Shown here piece after piece: positions 18,612 to 26,166 of a stretch of 53,397 nucleotides of DNA (positions are counted from its first letter, which is position 1; each line of letters opens with the position of its first letter). A program made the position numbers and the translations under genes. The notes under the pieces are model-generated. The model was given only the letters and a program-made list of their open reading frames with translations, had not been told where the DNA came from and made no database searches. Origin of the DNA: Acidimicrobiia bacterium (GTDB lineage: Bacteria; Actinomycetota; Acidimicrobiia; Acidimicrobiales; JANYDT01); NCBI GenBank assembly GCA_043718695.1, contig JAYSVF010000100.1, positions 1 to 53,397 on the forward strand. The letters are read 5' to 3'.

Positions 18612-19730
18612 CTACATCGTGTTGGGGTAGTACTCGCCTGACGGAACGTTGGAAACGTCGGACCAAAAGTCGGAGTCGAATGGCCAGGAATCTTCTTCGC
18701 CTACCAGGGGGCCCTGCACAAACTTGCCGTAGTCGCCACCAGCTCGCTCGCTGCCAACCAGGGACCAAGCTTGGCGTTTGTAGGTCCAGTTATCGGGTTG
18801 CAAACGGTTGGCTTCGTTGAAATGTGCGAGAGCCAAATCACGTTGGCCGTTGCGCCAAAGATGGTTCGCCAACTCAAAATGCGCGGCACCTTCAGACTTG
18901 GAAATCGGACGGGGTTGTGACCGAGCAATGACCTCATCGGGGCTCAACACATACGCGCTTGCGGCACCGTTGGCCACCCAGTCACGAATTGCTTCATGGT
19001 AGGTCAAACGGTCTTGACCGGTTCCAATCGCATTGCGAGGATCGGCGCCTTCTGGGGCCTGCGGCGCGTTTGGGGCCTTGCCCATTTTCGGTAGCGAACC
19101 CAAAATTCCCTTAGGCATTTCTTGGCGAGCACCGGGCCAGCCTGGTTCCGCGGGGCGCACAATCATTCCCTGCTCGTCAATCCAAACAACGTTCGGAATA
19201 TTCACGACGCCAAACAATGCGTCCATCTGGTGGGTGGGATCAAGCAGCGACGGATGCTCGGGATTGGCGGCTTCGATGAAGGCTCTCGAACCTTCGGCGC
19301 CGGTGATGTCGAGGGAAACGGTAACCACTTCAAGGCCTTTGCCGTGAAGCTCATTGCGCAAGGTCTGCCACCCGGGCAGATCAAAGGCACAGCCTCAATA
19401 CGGGGCCCACGAAACGATCACGACCTTTTTGCCTCGTAACGACGAAAGCCGAAATTCCTTGCCATTCAGATCGTTGAGGACTAGCTCCGGTGCGATGGCA
19501 CTTACCAATGCCCGATCGCCAAGGGATTCCGGCCCCAGTGCCCACAGGCCGACTTTCTCGTCATGCACGGTCGCCATGCGTAGTCGCTCAGCGGTGCTGC
19601 TCAGATTGAACCCGTTTGACTGATCAAGCGGCACGCATACATCACCCTTACAGGCACCCTCGGGCTTTATGGCCCAACCGGTCGCGGCACCAAACTGTTC
19701 TGCATCGATATCCAACGATTCAAGAATCAT
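18612..19730 (-). CDS. ResA/TlpA-like thioredoxin-fold protein with in-frame TGA at the active site (candidate selenoprotein, WAPY-U-GC), plus a C-terminal TPR-like tail
   Basis: Track ORFs 19395..19730 and 18612..19361 are in one frame, separated by TGA (19395-19397) and 11 sense codons. Read-through gives ...RGKKVVIVSWAPY[TGA]GCAFDLPGWQTLRNELHGKGLEVVTVSLD...NIPNVVWIDEQG. The downstream piece has only a TTG start and no RBS. Confidence 0.65.
19364..19380 (-). promoter_or_regulatory. candidate bacterial SECIS hairpin
   Basis: On the mRNA, UCUGCC-CGGGU-GGCAGA forms a 6-bp perfect stem with a G-rich 5-nt loop. The stem begins 14 nt after the UGA and the loop about 20 nt after it. Confidence 0.4.
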
Positions 19731-19841
19731 TGAATGAACCTAGCAATCAGCGCGCGCAATTGCGACTCGTTCCTGTAGGTGGGTTGCGGTCTTGATTTGG
19801 GCCCTGGGAGTCGGTGAATCGTGCAAATATGAGCGACAGCT

Positions 19842-20391
19842 ATGAACAACGTGGACATCGACGTGACCGCAAAGTGCTCGGGTAGGCAACAACCCAAAAC
19901 CTTGGCTGAGGAACGCGCCATTGTGAAAGCCGCCACCGGGTTCTCGGCGGATCGTCGGAAGGCTCAACCTCGGTGCAGGACATTCTCGATGAAGCCGGCC
20001 TATCGACGCGAGCGTTCTATCGGCACTTCCGCTCGAAAGACGGGCTGATCGCCTCGATGTATCGAACGGCCAGTCAACGTGTGGCCGAAGAGTTGGCGGT
20101 TGCTGCTGCGTCGGCGCGGGGCCAATCGAGGCCTTTAGCGCGTGGGTTGACGGGCTGTTGGCGGTCGCGTACAACTCAAGGCGGGCGGCTCAGGCCAAGG
20201 TGTTGTCGTCGAGCGAAGCGTTAACTTCCAAAGGTGTCGCGCCAGCACGAATCGAGGGTGAGAACGCCAATATGGCGTTGCTGATCGGGATTTTGGAACA
20301 CGGCAAGCGTTCTGGCGTGTTCCCCCATGTGGAACCGATTGATGATCGGGTTGGAACAACGTGGTGTGGGGCAGCGACGCTTGCGTGCTGA
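19842..20391 (+). pseudogene. TetR-family regulator, frameshifted at least twice and probably 3'-truncated
   Basis: The HTH STSVQDILDEAGLSTRAFYRHFRSKDGLI and the flanking parts lie in three different frames (track ORFs 19842, 19973, 20158). The frame changes fall near 19953 and in the GGGG run at 20118-20121. Confidence 0.65.
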
Positions 20392-20559
20392 TTCTTGAGA
20401 TCGTCGACCTTCTCGGACAATCACGCGTTCCCACTCGTCAAACAGTTCTTCGGACCAAACAAACTCGAACAGTTGATCTTCGGCCAACGTCAAGATCAAA
20501 TCCATCACCGAGAATGGGAAGAGCTCGTTCGAATCAACAAACACCCGGATGAGTGCCAC
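20221..20559 (-). pseudogene. PIN-domain toxin (PIN_3/VapC-like), with only about the first 55 codons recognisable
   Basis: RVFVDSNELFPFSVMDLILTLAEDQLFEFVWSEELFDEWERVIV is a typical PIN N-terminus. Beyond about 20395 the frame runs antisense through the TetR remnant and has no PIN C-terminal acidic motifs. Confidence 0.55.
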
Positions 20560-20567
20560 CGGGCTTC

Positions 20568-20942
20568 TCAGTCTTCGCCAAGAAGCTCCGCAATCTTTTC
20601 ACGCCCGGAACGCATTCGCTCTTGCTTGCGCTTCAGAGTAACTACATCTGCGACGAGGATTCGTCGATGGCTACTCGAGGGAAGCCTTCGACAGGCGAGC
20701 ACGCCATCCTCCAACAATCGATCTACGAATTGGCGAGTTACTCCGAGCATTGCTGCTGCTTCCGCTGGGGTGACCTCGCCCTCATCCTTAAGAACGAAAA
20801 AGGACCCGCCGTCAGCAAGATCGTTGAGTAATGCTACGAGCTGTCCCTCAAGCTCCGAAGCGGGTGTGATCGTTGCGGCAAGGTTTCGAGCGGCCTTGCG
20901 GCTTGCTGCCGAGTCGGGGCGAAGCAGCTGAAGAGTTTTCAC
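20568..20942 (-). CDS. helix-turn-helix (excisionase/MerR-like) antitoxin-type protein
   Basis: VTPAEAAAMLGVTRQFVDRLLEDGVLACRRLPSSSHRRI is an HTH_17-like motif. Its stop lies 8 nt upstream of the PIN start, the classic toxin-antitoxin arrangement. The start is a GTG. Confidence 0.6.
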   Translation of the reverse strand: MKTLQLLRPDSAASRKAARNLAATITPASELEGQLVALLNDLADGGSFFVLKDEGEVTPAEAAAMLGVTRQFVDRLLEDGVLACRRLPSSSHRRILVADVVTLKRKQERMRSGREKIAELLGED

Positions 20943-21031
20943 GAAGACAGGTTACCGCAGACTGCAATAAGTGCAACAACAATATCGGAACCGTCTCGGT
21001 TGAACCCTGAGCAAGTAATCAGTGGGAACAG

Positions 21032-22666
21032 TCAGTTGTCGTCGCGTGCCGATTTCCCGTTGAGAAATGCTAGAGATCGGGCGACTGTTGCGGCGACGAA
21101 CCTTTCCTGCTTGGGTCCTTCGATAAACCTTTGGGCAGCCAGCAGCGGCAAGGGTGAATTCATGCGAAGAGATTCCACGGAAGCCGCCCGGCAGGTTTTG
21201 ATCGCGTGTACCTGAACGATAAGAGCTGCTGCGGGGTCTCGGAGCGAGGACTGCTGTAGCAACTCACTGTAGGTTCGCAGATCGCTCGCCATGGGTTCGA
21301 CGCGTACACGCTGGCCGACTGTGGAGTGCCATTCATGACGGCCGGTCCAAAACGCCAGGAACGTAGCGAACAACGCGAGGCGAACCGTGTCGGGGCCTGG
21401 ATTCGCCTCGTTGTGCCAGCGGGCGGCGTGGGCGTAGGTTACCCCGTGGGTGATGTCGAGCCAATTGAAATCGTCGAGAAAATCCCGTTCGCCGCTTGTG
21501 TCATAACGCAACAGTCTCTCGCTGGTCGCAAGTACGGCCGCATCCAAAATTCCGTGCACCCCTGAGCCCTGACGCAAAGCGTTTATGGAGGCCTCAAACG
21601 CACGTGTACGGTCTCGGCCAAGCAGCTCATCCACGAGTCCGTCGCGGCCGTCCCATGACGACGAGGTAGGGATCGCGGCAAGCTCGTAGAGGTCGAGGCT
21701 GGCGAGGTTTTTCATGAACGGCTTCATATACGGAAGCTTGTCCTCACGGGTTCCAAACACAATCGTTGGGACCAGATAGGGAAGGACCGTATCGGCGCGC
21801 TCCCAGCCAATCATTGCAAGAAGTTCGAATGCCTTCTGAACGTAAATTGCTCCGTGTCCATAGGAAAGGTGATGGTCGCTCACAACGTTGGTAAACCACC
21901 GCTGCAATTCCTTGGCGGAAAGGCCATCGTGAATCCCACCCCTGAGGAGCGATTGTGCCTTGTCCAGTTGCTCTGTTTCGACAAAGGAACGAAACAGTTC
22001 TTCGGCTCCAGATGCTGGCGGGTTTATCGGATCCGGCAAGTGCTCGACCGGGCGACTGCGCTCGCTTTCGCAGATGCCCGCAATGGCCTGCACGATTGGG
22101 AGCGCCTTTTGGTCGCCTTCGTAGAGCTCGGCCATGGCTAGCGCGTCTGTGGCTGAGGCAATTGAGTGGCCCCATCCGAATTCTGCGCGAGGTGCACCAA
22201 AAGCAACGGCTTCCCAGACCAGTTCGCCAGGATTGGCACTCGCGTTCAGCAAACGAATTACATCCCGCGAAATTTGGCCGACATAGTTGTGTTCAATTCC
22301 GCTTCGTAAACTGGCGAAGAGTTTGGGTCGTAGGTCGTTGCCTACAGGTTGATGCAACGCCACACAGATTGTGCCGTCGGCATCGATGCGCACGTGGTGT
22401 GACGTCACGTTCTCTTCGCCCTGTGTGCAGTGTCCATCGGTTACTCGAAACTTCCAGTTGTGCCACACGCAGGTCAGCTGATCGCCAACGAGATCCCCCT
22501 GGGTCAACCCATATCCTTCATGCGGACACGCGTTGTCCAGTGCGTGCACGCCCGTACTAAGCCGCACCAAACAGATTCGACGGTTTCCAACTCGCACCAT
22601 CTTGAGTTCACCTTCGGCAATGTCGGACAGGTTCCCAACGGCTAGATAGGTAGGTTCTGATCTCAT
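21032..22666 (-). CDS. Rieske [2Fe-2S] domain protein fused to a roughly 430-aa domain of unknown function
   Basis: CPHEGYGL...(17 residues)...CVWHNWKF is the Rieske CxH...CxxH motif within the first 100 aa. I did not recognise the remaining residues. The ORF is 544 aa and uninterrupted. Confidence 0.85.
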   Translation of the reverse strand: MRSEPTYLAVGNLSDIAEGELKMVRVGNRRICLVRLSTGVHALDNACPHEGYGLTQGDLVGDQLTCVWHNWKFRVTDGHCTQGEENVTSHHVRIDADGTICVALHQPVGNDLRPKLFASLRSGIEHNYVGQISRDVIRLLNASANPGELVWEAVAFGAPRAEFGWGHSIASATDALAMAELYEGDQKALPIVQAIAGICESERSRPVEHLPDPINPPASGAEELFRSFVETEQLDKAQSLLRGGIHDGLSAKELQRWFTNVVSDHHLSYGHGAIYVQKAFELLAMIGWERADTVLPYLVPTIVFGTREDKLPYMKPFMKNLASLDLYELAAIPTSSSWDGRDGLVDELLGRDRTRAFEASINALRQGSGVHGILDAAVLATSERLLRYDTSGERDFLDDFNWLDITHGVTYAHAARWHNEANPGPDTVRLALFATFLAFWTGRHEWHSTVGQRVRVEPMASDLRTYSELLQQSSLRDPAAALIVQVHAIKTCRAASVESLRMNSPLPLLAAQRFIEGPKQERFVAATVARSLAFLNGKSARDDN

Positions 22667-22672
22667 GGTGGC

Positions 22673-22703
22673 ACTTTAAGACTTCAAGTTAACTTGAAGT
22701 CAA
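22673..22703 (-). promoter_or_regulatory. SoxR-type promoter with a 19-bp spacer driving the Rieske gene (leaderless)
   Basis: The minus strand reads TTGACT-(19 nt containing the palindrome)-TAAAGT-GCCACC-ATG. The -10 ends 6 nt before the start codon at 22666. Confidence 0.6.
22680..22701. promoter_or_regulatory. SoxR box (22-bp perfect palindrome)
   Basis: GACTTCAAGTTAACTTGAAGTC, read directly. It nearly matches the E. coli soxS operator core CCTCAAGTTAACTTGAGG and lies between the Rieske gene and soxR. Confidence 0.8.
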
Positions 22704-22721
22704 GTGATCTATAGTTATTTC

Positions 22722-23213
22722 ATGACGCAACGATTGGGAGCACGTGAACTCACCGTTGGCGAACTGGCGAGCCGAGCCGGAGTTGCAACGTCGACATTGC
22801 GATTCTACGAAGAACACGGCCTAATAGCGAGCGAGCGGACGGCCGCTGGTCATCGTCGATATCCGGCAGAAGTGTTGCGCCGTGTGTCGTTCATTAAAGT
22901 TGCTCAACGAGTTGGACTTAGCCTCGCCGATATCACCGAAGCATTGGCTTCCCTCCCAGACCGACGGACACCTACCCGGGCCGACTGGGCTCGCCTGGCC
23001 ACACGTTGGCAACCGGTTCTAGACGAGCGAATTGCTTTGCTGGCAAGGCTTCGTGACCAACTCGATTCGTGCATTGGGTGCGGTTGCCTTTCGCTAACGA
23101 GTTGCAAGCTTTACAATCGCGACGATATTGCTTCGATGCTTGGAGAAGGTCCACGATACTTGCTGGGCAACACATCAAGCGATGTCGTAATGCAGAGTCA
23201 ACTCATTCAATGA
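22722..23213 (+). CDS. soxR: redox-sensitive transcriptional activator SoxR (MerR family)
   Basis: MerR HTH LTVGELASRAGVATSTLRFYEEHGLI plus the diagnostic [2Fe-2S] motif CIGCGCLSLTSCKLYN. ATG at 22722 is preferred to the track start at 22704. Confidence 0.9.
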   Translation: MTQRLGARELTVGELASRAGVATSTLRFYEEHGLIASERTAAGHRRYPAEVLRRVSFIKVAQRVGLSLADITEALASLPDRRTPTRADWARLATRWQPVLDERIALLARLRDQLDSCIGCGCLSLTSCKLYNRDDIASMLGEGPRYLLGNTSSDVVMQSQLIQ

Positions 23214-23563
23214 GCGCTCGCCCGACTATTGACGACGTACGGGCGATTGCGAAGGATTTGCCGCGATCCTATGAAGCGCTGGTTCGTGATCGAGTGAAGT
23301 TCCGGGTCGGACGGATTGTTTGGATTGCCTTTTCTCGGGACGAAACCATGATGGGATTCGCGTTTCCAAAGGAAGAACGCGAGGCCATGATCGAAAGTGA
23401 ACCTACGAAGTTTGTCTTGCCAAAGCCATCGGACCTTCGCTACAACTGGCTCGTTGTTCGTTTGACTGAAATCGACCATGGCGAGCTTCTTGAGATCGTG
23501 CACGATGCTTGGCGGATGGTTGTCCCGAAGAATGTGGCAGCGGAGTATTTCAGTACCGATTGA
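23210..23563 (+). CDS. MmcQ/YjbR-family protein
   Basis: IDDVRAIAKDLPRSYEALV...KFRVGRIVWIAF...NWLVVRL...ELLEIVHDAWRMVVPK fits the YjbR pattern. Its ATG overlaps the soxR TGA (ATGA at 23210-23213). Confidence 0.7.
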   Translation: MSARPTIDDVRAIAKDLPRSYEALVRDRVKFRVGRIVWIAFSRDETMMGFAFPKEEREAMIESEPTKFVLPKPSDLRYNWLVVRLTEIDHGELLEIVHDAWRMVVPKNVAAEYFSTD

Positions 23564-23607
23564 ATCGTTCTTCGGCGAACTGAATGACCCTTCAGTAGAG
23601 TGTCGGT

Positions 23608-24372
23608 ATGGACTCTTCAAGACCTGTCCCAGGCCCGGGCGCTAGCACGCCGTGGATTGATCTCAACGCCGACTTGGGCGAGTCCTATGGCAACTGGCGG
23701 ATGGGTGATGATGCGGCCATGTTGAGCGTGGTTACTAGCGCCAATATCGCTTGTGGATTCCACGCCGGTGATCCACTGACGATTCGTCGAACTGTGCGCC
23801 AAGCCATCGAACGCAACGTAGTTATAGGTGCACATATTGCCTATCACGACCTTGTTGGGTTTGGTCGTCGCACTATTGATATCGAACCCGAGGCGTTGGA
23901 GGCTGACGTGCTCTATCAACTCGCGGCCCTCGACGGAGTTTGTCGAAGTGAGGGTTCGAAGGTTCGTTACGTAAAGGCCCATGGTGCCCTGTATCACCGT
24001 ATGAATTCTGATCCTGTTCAAGCCGCCGCAGTTGTTGCAGCCGTTCGAGCCTTCGATCCGTCGCTCACATTGCTGGGCGCTCCGGTTGGCCAAACGGCAA
24101 GCGCAGCTTCCGAGGTGGGGGCAATGGTTCACGGCGAGTGTTTCGCAGACCGGGTCTATAACGCCGACGGGGTAACGCTCGTTTCCCGCACTCTCCCCGG
24201 TTCTGTGTTGCATGATTCCGATGCCGTCGCGGACCAAGCATTGTCTCTCGCTCGTACCGGGCGGTTTCAGTCGATCTGTTTGCATGGGGATACTCCAGGC
24301 GCGGTGTCACACGCGAAGGCCGTCCGGGAAACGTTGGAGCGTTCGGGTTTCGTTGTCCGCTCGTTCCTCTGA
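23608..24372 (+). CDS. pxpA: 5-oxoprolinase subunit A (LamB/YcsF family)
   Basis: IDLNADLGESYG...NIACGFHAGDP...AHGALY motifs. Confidence 0.85.
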   Translation: MDSSRPVPGPGASTPWIDLNADLGESYGNWRMGDDAAMLSVVTSANIACGFHAGDPLTIRRTVRQAIERNVVIGAHIAYHDLVGFGRRTIDIEPEALEADVLYQLAALDGVCRSEGSKVRYVKAHGALYHRMNSDPVQAAAVVAAVRAFDPSLTLLGAPVGQTASAASEVGAMVHGECFADRVYNADGVTLVSRTLPGSVLHDSDAVADQALSLARTGRFQSICLHGDTPGAVSHAKAVRETLERSGFVVRSFL

Positions 24373-24579
24373 TGGTGCCTTGATGGAGCCCGTGGTTTCA
24401 AACGCGAAGGCCGACGACTGCGGCCAAATTTGTTTCGCCAGACGCCACCCCGCGAGCGGGGACCCCGACGGCTGCACGCTTCACAAATTTGCCTCCGTCC
24501 CCAACCTTCGCTTCGATCCGATGTTCCATTTTCGATTTGCCGGTTTTTGGTTGGACCCACAAGAAGAGAAGGCTTGCGT

Positions 24580-25209
24580 GTGAGCACTGCGTTGGCGCCT
24601 CGGGTTGCGGTTTGGCGGACCTATGGACCGAACGGTGTACTTGCGGAGTTTGGGTCGAGTGAGGAGACACTTGAGGCGTACCGCCGTTGTGTCGGTGGGC
24701 CTTTTGAGGAGTGTGTTCCAGGTGCAGAGACGATCTACTTCGAGTCCTCCAAGCTTGCACAGTCTGAGTTGGCTGCGTCGGTTCAGACTCTTCTTGATCA
24801 ACAACACGTCGAAGTCGTCGGTCGAATAGTCCGTGAACATATCTTTGAAGTTGTTTATGACGGTGCGGATCTTGAGAATGTCGCTTCCCTCACCGGCTTT
24901 AGCGTGGAGGAGGTTGTTCATCGTCATAGCAGTGCGGTGTACACGGTTGCGTTCTTAGGTTTTTCGCGAAGCTTCCCGTACCTTGCGGGGCTGGATCCGG
25001 CGATCATTGTGCCGCGACTGGCTACTCCACGCACGTCGGTTCCTGCGGGGTCGGTTGGTATGGGTGCTGGGTATACCGGCATCTATCCAATGTCTTCACC
25101 CGGTGGATGGCAGTTGCTTGGGCATACAGACGCGGTGCTATTCAACGCCGCGAACGACCCACCGAGCGTGTTAGCAACCGGCGACCTCGTGCGATTTGTG
25201 CGGGTGTAG
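24580..25209 (+). CDS. pxpB: 5-oxoprolinase subunit B (KipI / allophanate hydrolase subunit 1 family)
   Basis: YTVAFLGFSRSFPYLAGLDP...PRLATPRTSVPAGSVGMGAGYTGIYPMSSPGGWQLLG. A GTG start at 24580 after AGAAGG is assumed; upstream residues in the track ORF are Arg/Pro-rich and not protein-like. Confidence 0.8.
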   Translation: MSTALAPRVAVWRTYGPNGVLAEFGSSEETLEAYRRCVGGPFEECVPGAETIYFESSKLAQSELAASVQTLLDQQHVEVVGRIVREHIFEVVYDGADLENVASLTGFSVEEVVHRHSSAVYTVAFLGFSRSFPYLAGLDPAIIVPRLATPRTSVPAGSVGMGAGYTGIYPMSSPGGWQLLGHTDAVLFNAANDPPSVLATGDLVRFVRV

Positions 25210-25213
25210 GCCA

Positions 25214-26128
25214 ATGGAATCGAGCACGACCGTGTTGAAAGTTGTGAAGCCTGGGCCATTCAGCACCTTCCAAGATCTCGGACGCAGAGGGCGCGGAAAT
25301 CAAGGCGTTGCTCGATCGGGTGCTTTTGACCAGCAATCACATCGGTTGGCGAATCGACTGGTTGGCAATGATCTCGAAGCGGCGACTATCGAGATTTTGC
25401 TCGGACCATGCGAGTTCGAGTCGATCAGCGATGTGATTGTCTCGATCACGGGTACGGAAGTTTCAGCAGTAGTTGGCCGCTATGACTCCACGGTGGACGA
25501 GGGAAGTCGTGGTCGTTGGATGCACGCTCGTGAGGTTTCCTGCAACGTGGCCATTGGCATGCACGCTGGTGAGTATCTGAGAATCGGCACTCCTTCAAAT
25601 GGTCTGCGTACGTATCTTTCGACCCGCGGAGGATTTAGCACCTCGCCAGTTCTTGGCAGTCGGTCCTATGACTCGCTCGGTCAAATCGGACCACTTCCTC
25701 TACAAGCCAATGATTTGCTTTTGATCGGTGCGTCTCCAACCGCAGATGCCTGGTTCGAAGTCGTTCCGCTACGTTTTCCCGTCGATCCGATCGGCATACC
25801 GCTACTCCTTGGCCCGCGTCACGATTGGCTGTCTGAGAATGCTCTTGCCGAACTTGAATCGCTGACCTGGACCATCGATCCCGCGAGCAACCGAACCGGA
25901 ATTCGCTTCGCCGGTCCGCCACTCGAGCGACGCCAAGGTGAGCTGCCCAGTGAAGCCATGATTCCTGGTGCAGTCCAACTTCCACCAAGTGGTCTCCCAA
26001 TCGTTCTCGGCCCCGACGGAGGAACCACCGGCGGCTACCCCGTAATCGGCGTAATCCCACAATCAGGCCTCGACTCCCTGGCACAACGACGCCCTGGCCA
26101 GGAAGTTCGATTCCATCGAGTTCGTTGA
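25214..26128 (+). CDS. pxpC: 5-oxoprolinase subunit C (KipA / allophanate hydrolase subunit 2 family)
   Basis: VVKPGPFSTFQDLGRRG..GVARSGAFD...ANRLVGN and GGYPVIGVI motifs. Confidence 0.8.
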   Translation: MESSTTVLKVVKPGPFSTFQDLGRRGRGNQGVARSGAFDQQSHRLANRLVGNDLEAATIEILLGPCEFESISDVIVSITGTEVSAVVGRYDSTVDEGSRGRWMHAREVSCNVAIGMHAGEYLRIGTPSNGLRTYLSTRGGFSTSPVLGSRSYDSLGQIGPLPLQANDLLLIGASPTADAWFEVVPLRFPVDPIGIPLLLGPRHDWLSENALAELESLTWTIDPASNRTGIRFAGPPLERRQGELPSEAMIPGAVQLPPSGLPIVLGPDGGTTGGYPVIGVIPQSGLDSLAQRRPGQEVRFHRVR

Positions 26129-26166
26129 GACCGTTTCTTTGAACCTGTCAACGGAATTGCTTGCAA

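Noticed and set aside
24373-24579. 207-bp gap between pxpA and pxpB; looked for a small gene, riboswitch or terminator
   Set aside because: There is no convincing ORF (the in-frame extension of pxpB is Arg/Pro-rich with no RBS), no strong hairpin and no recognisable RNA motif. The pxpB start is simply uncertain.
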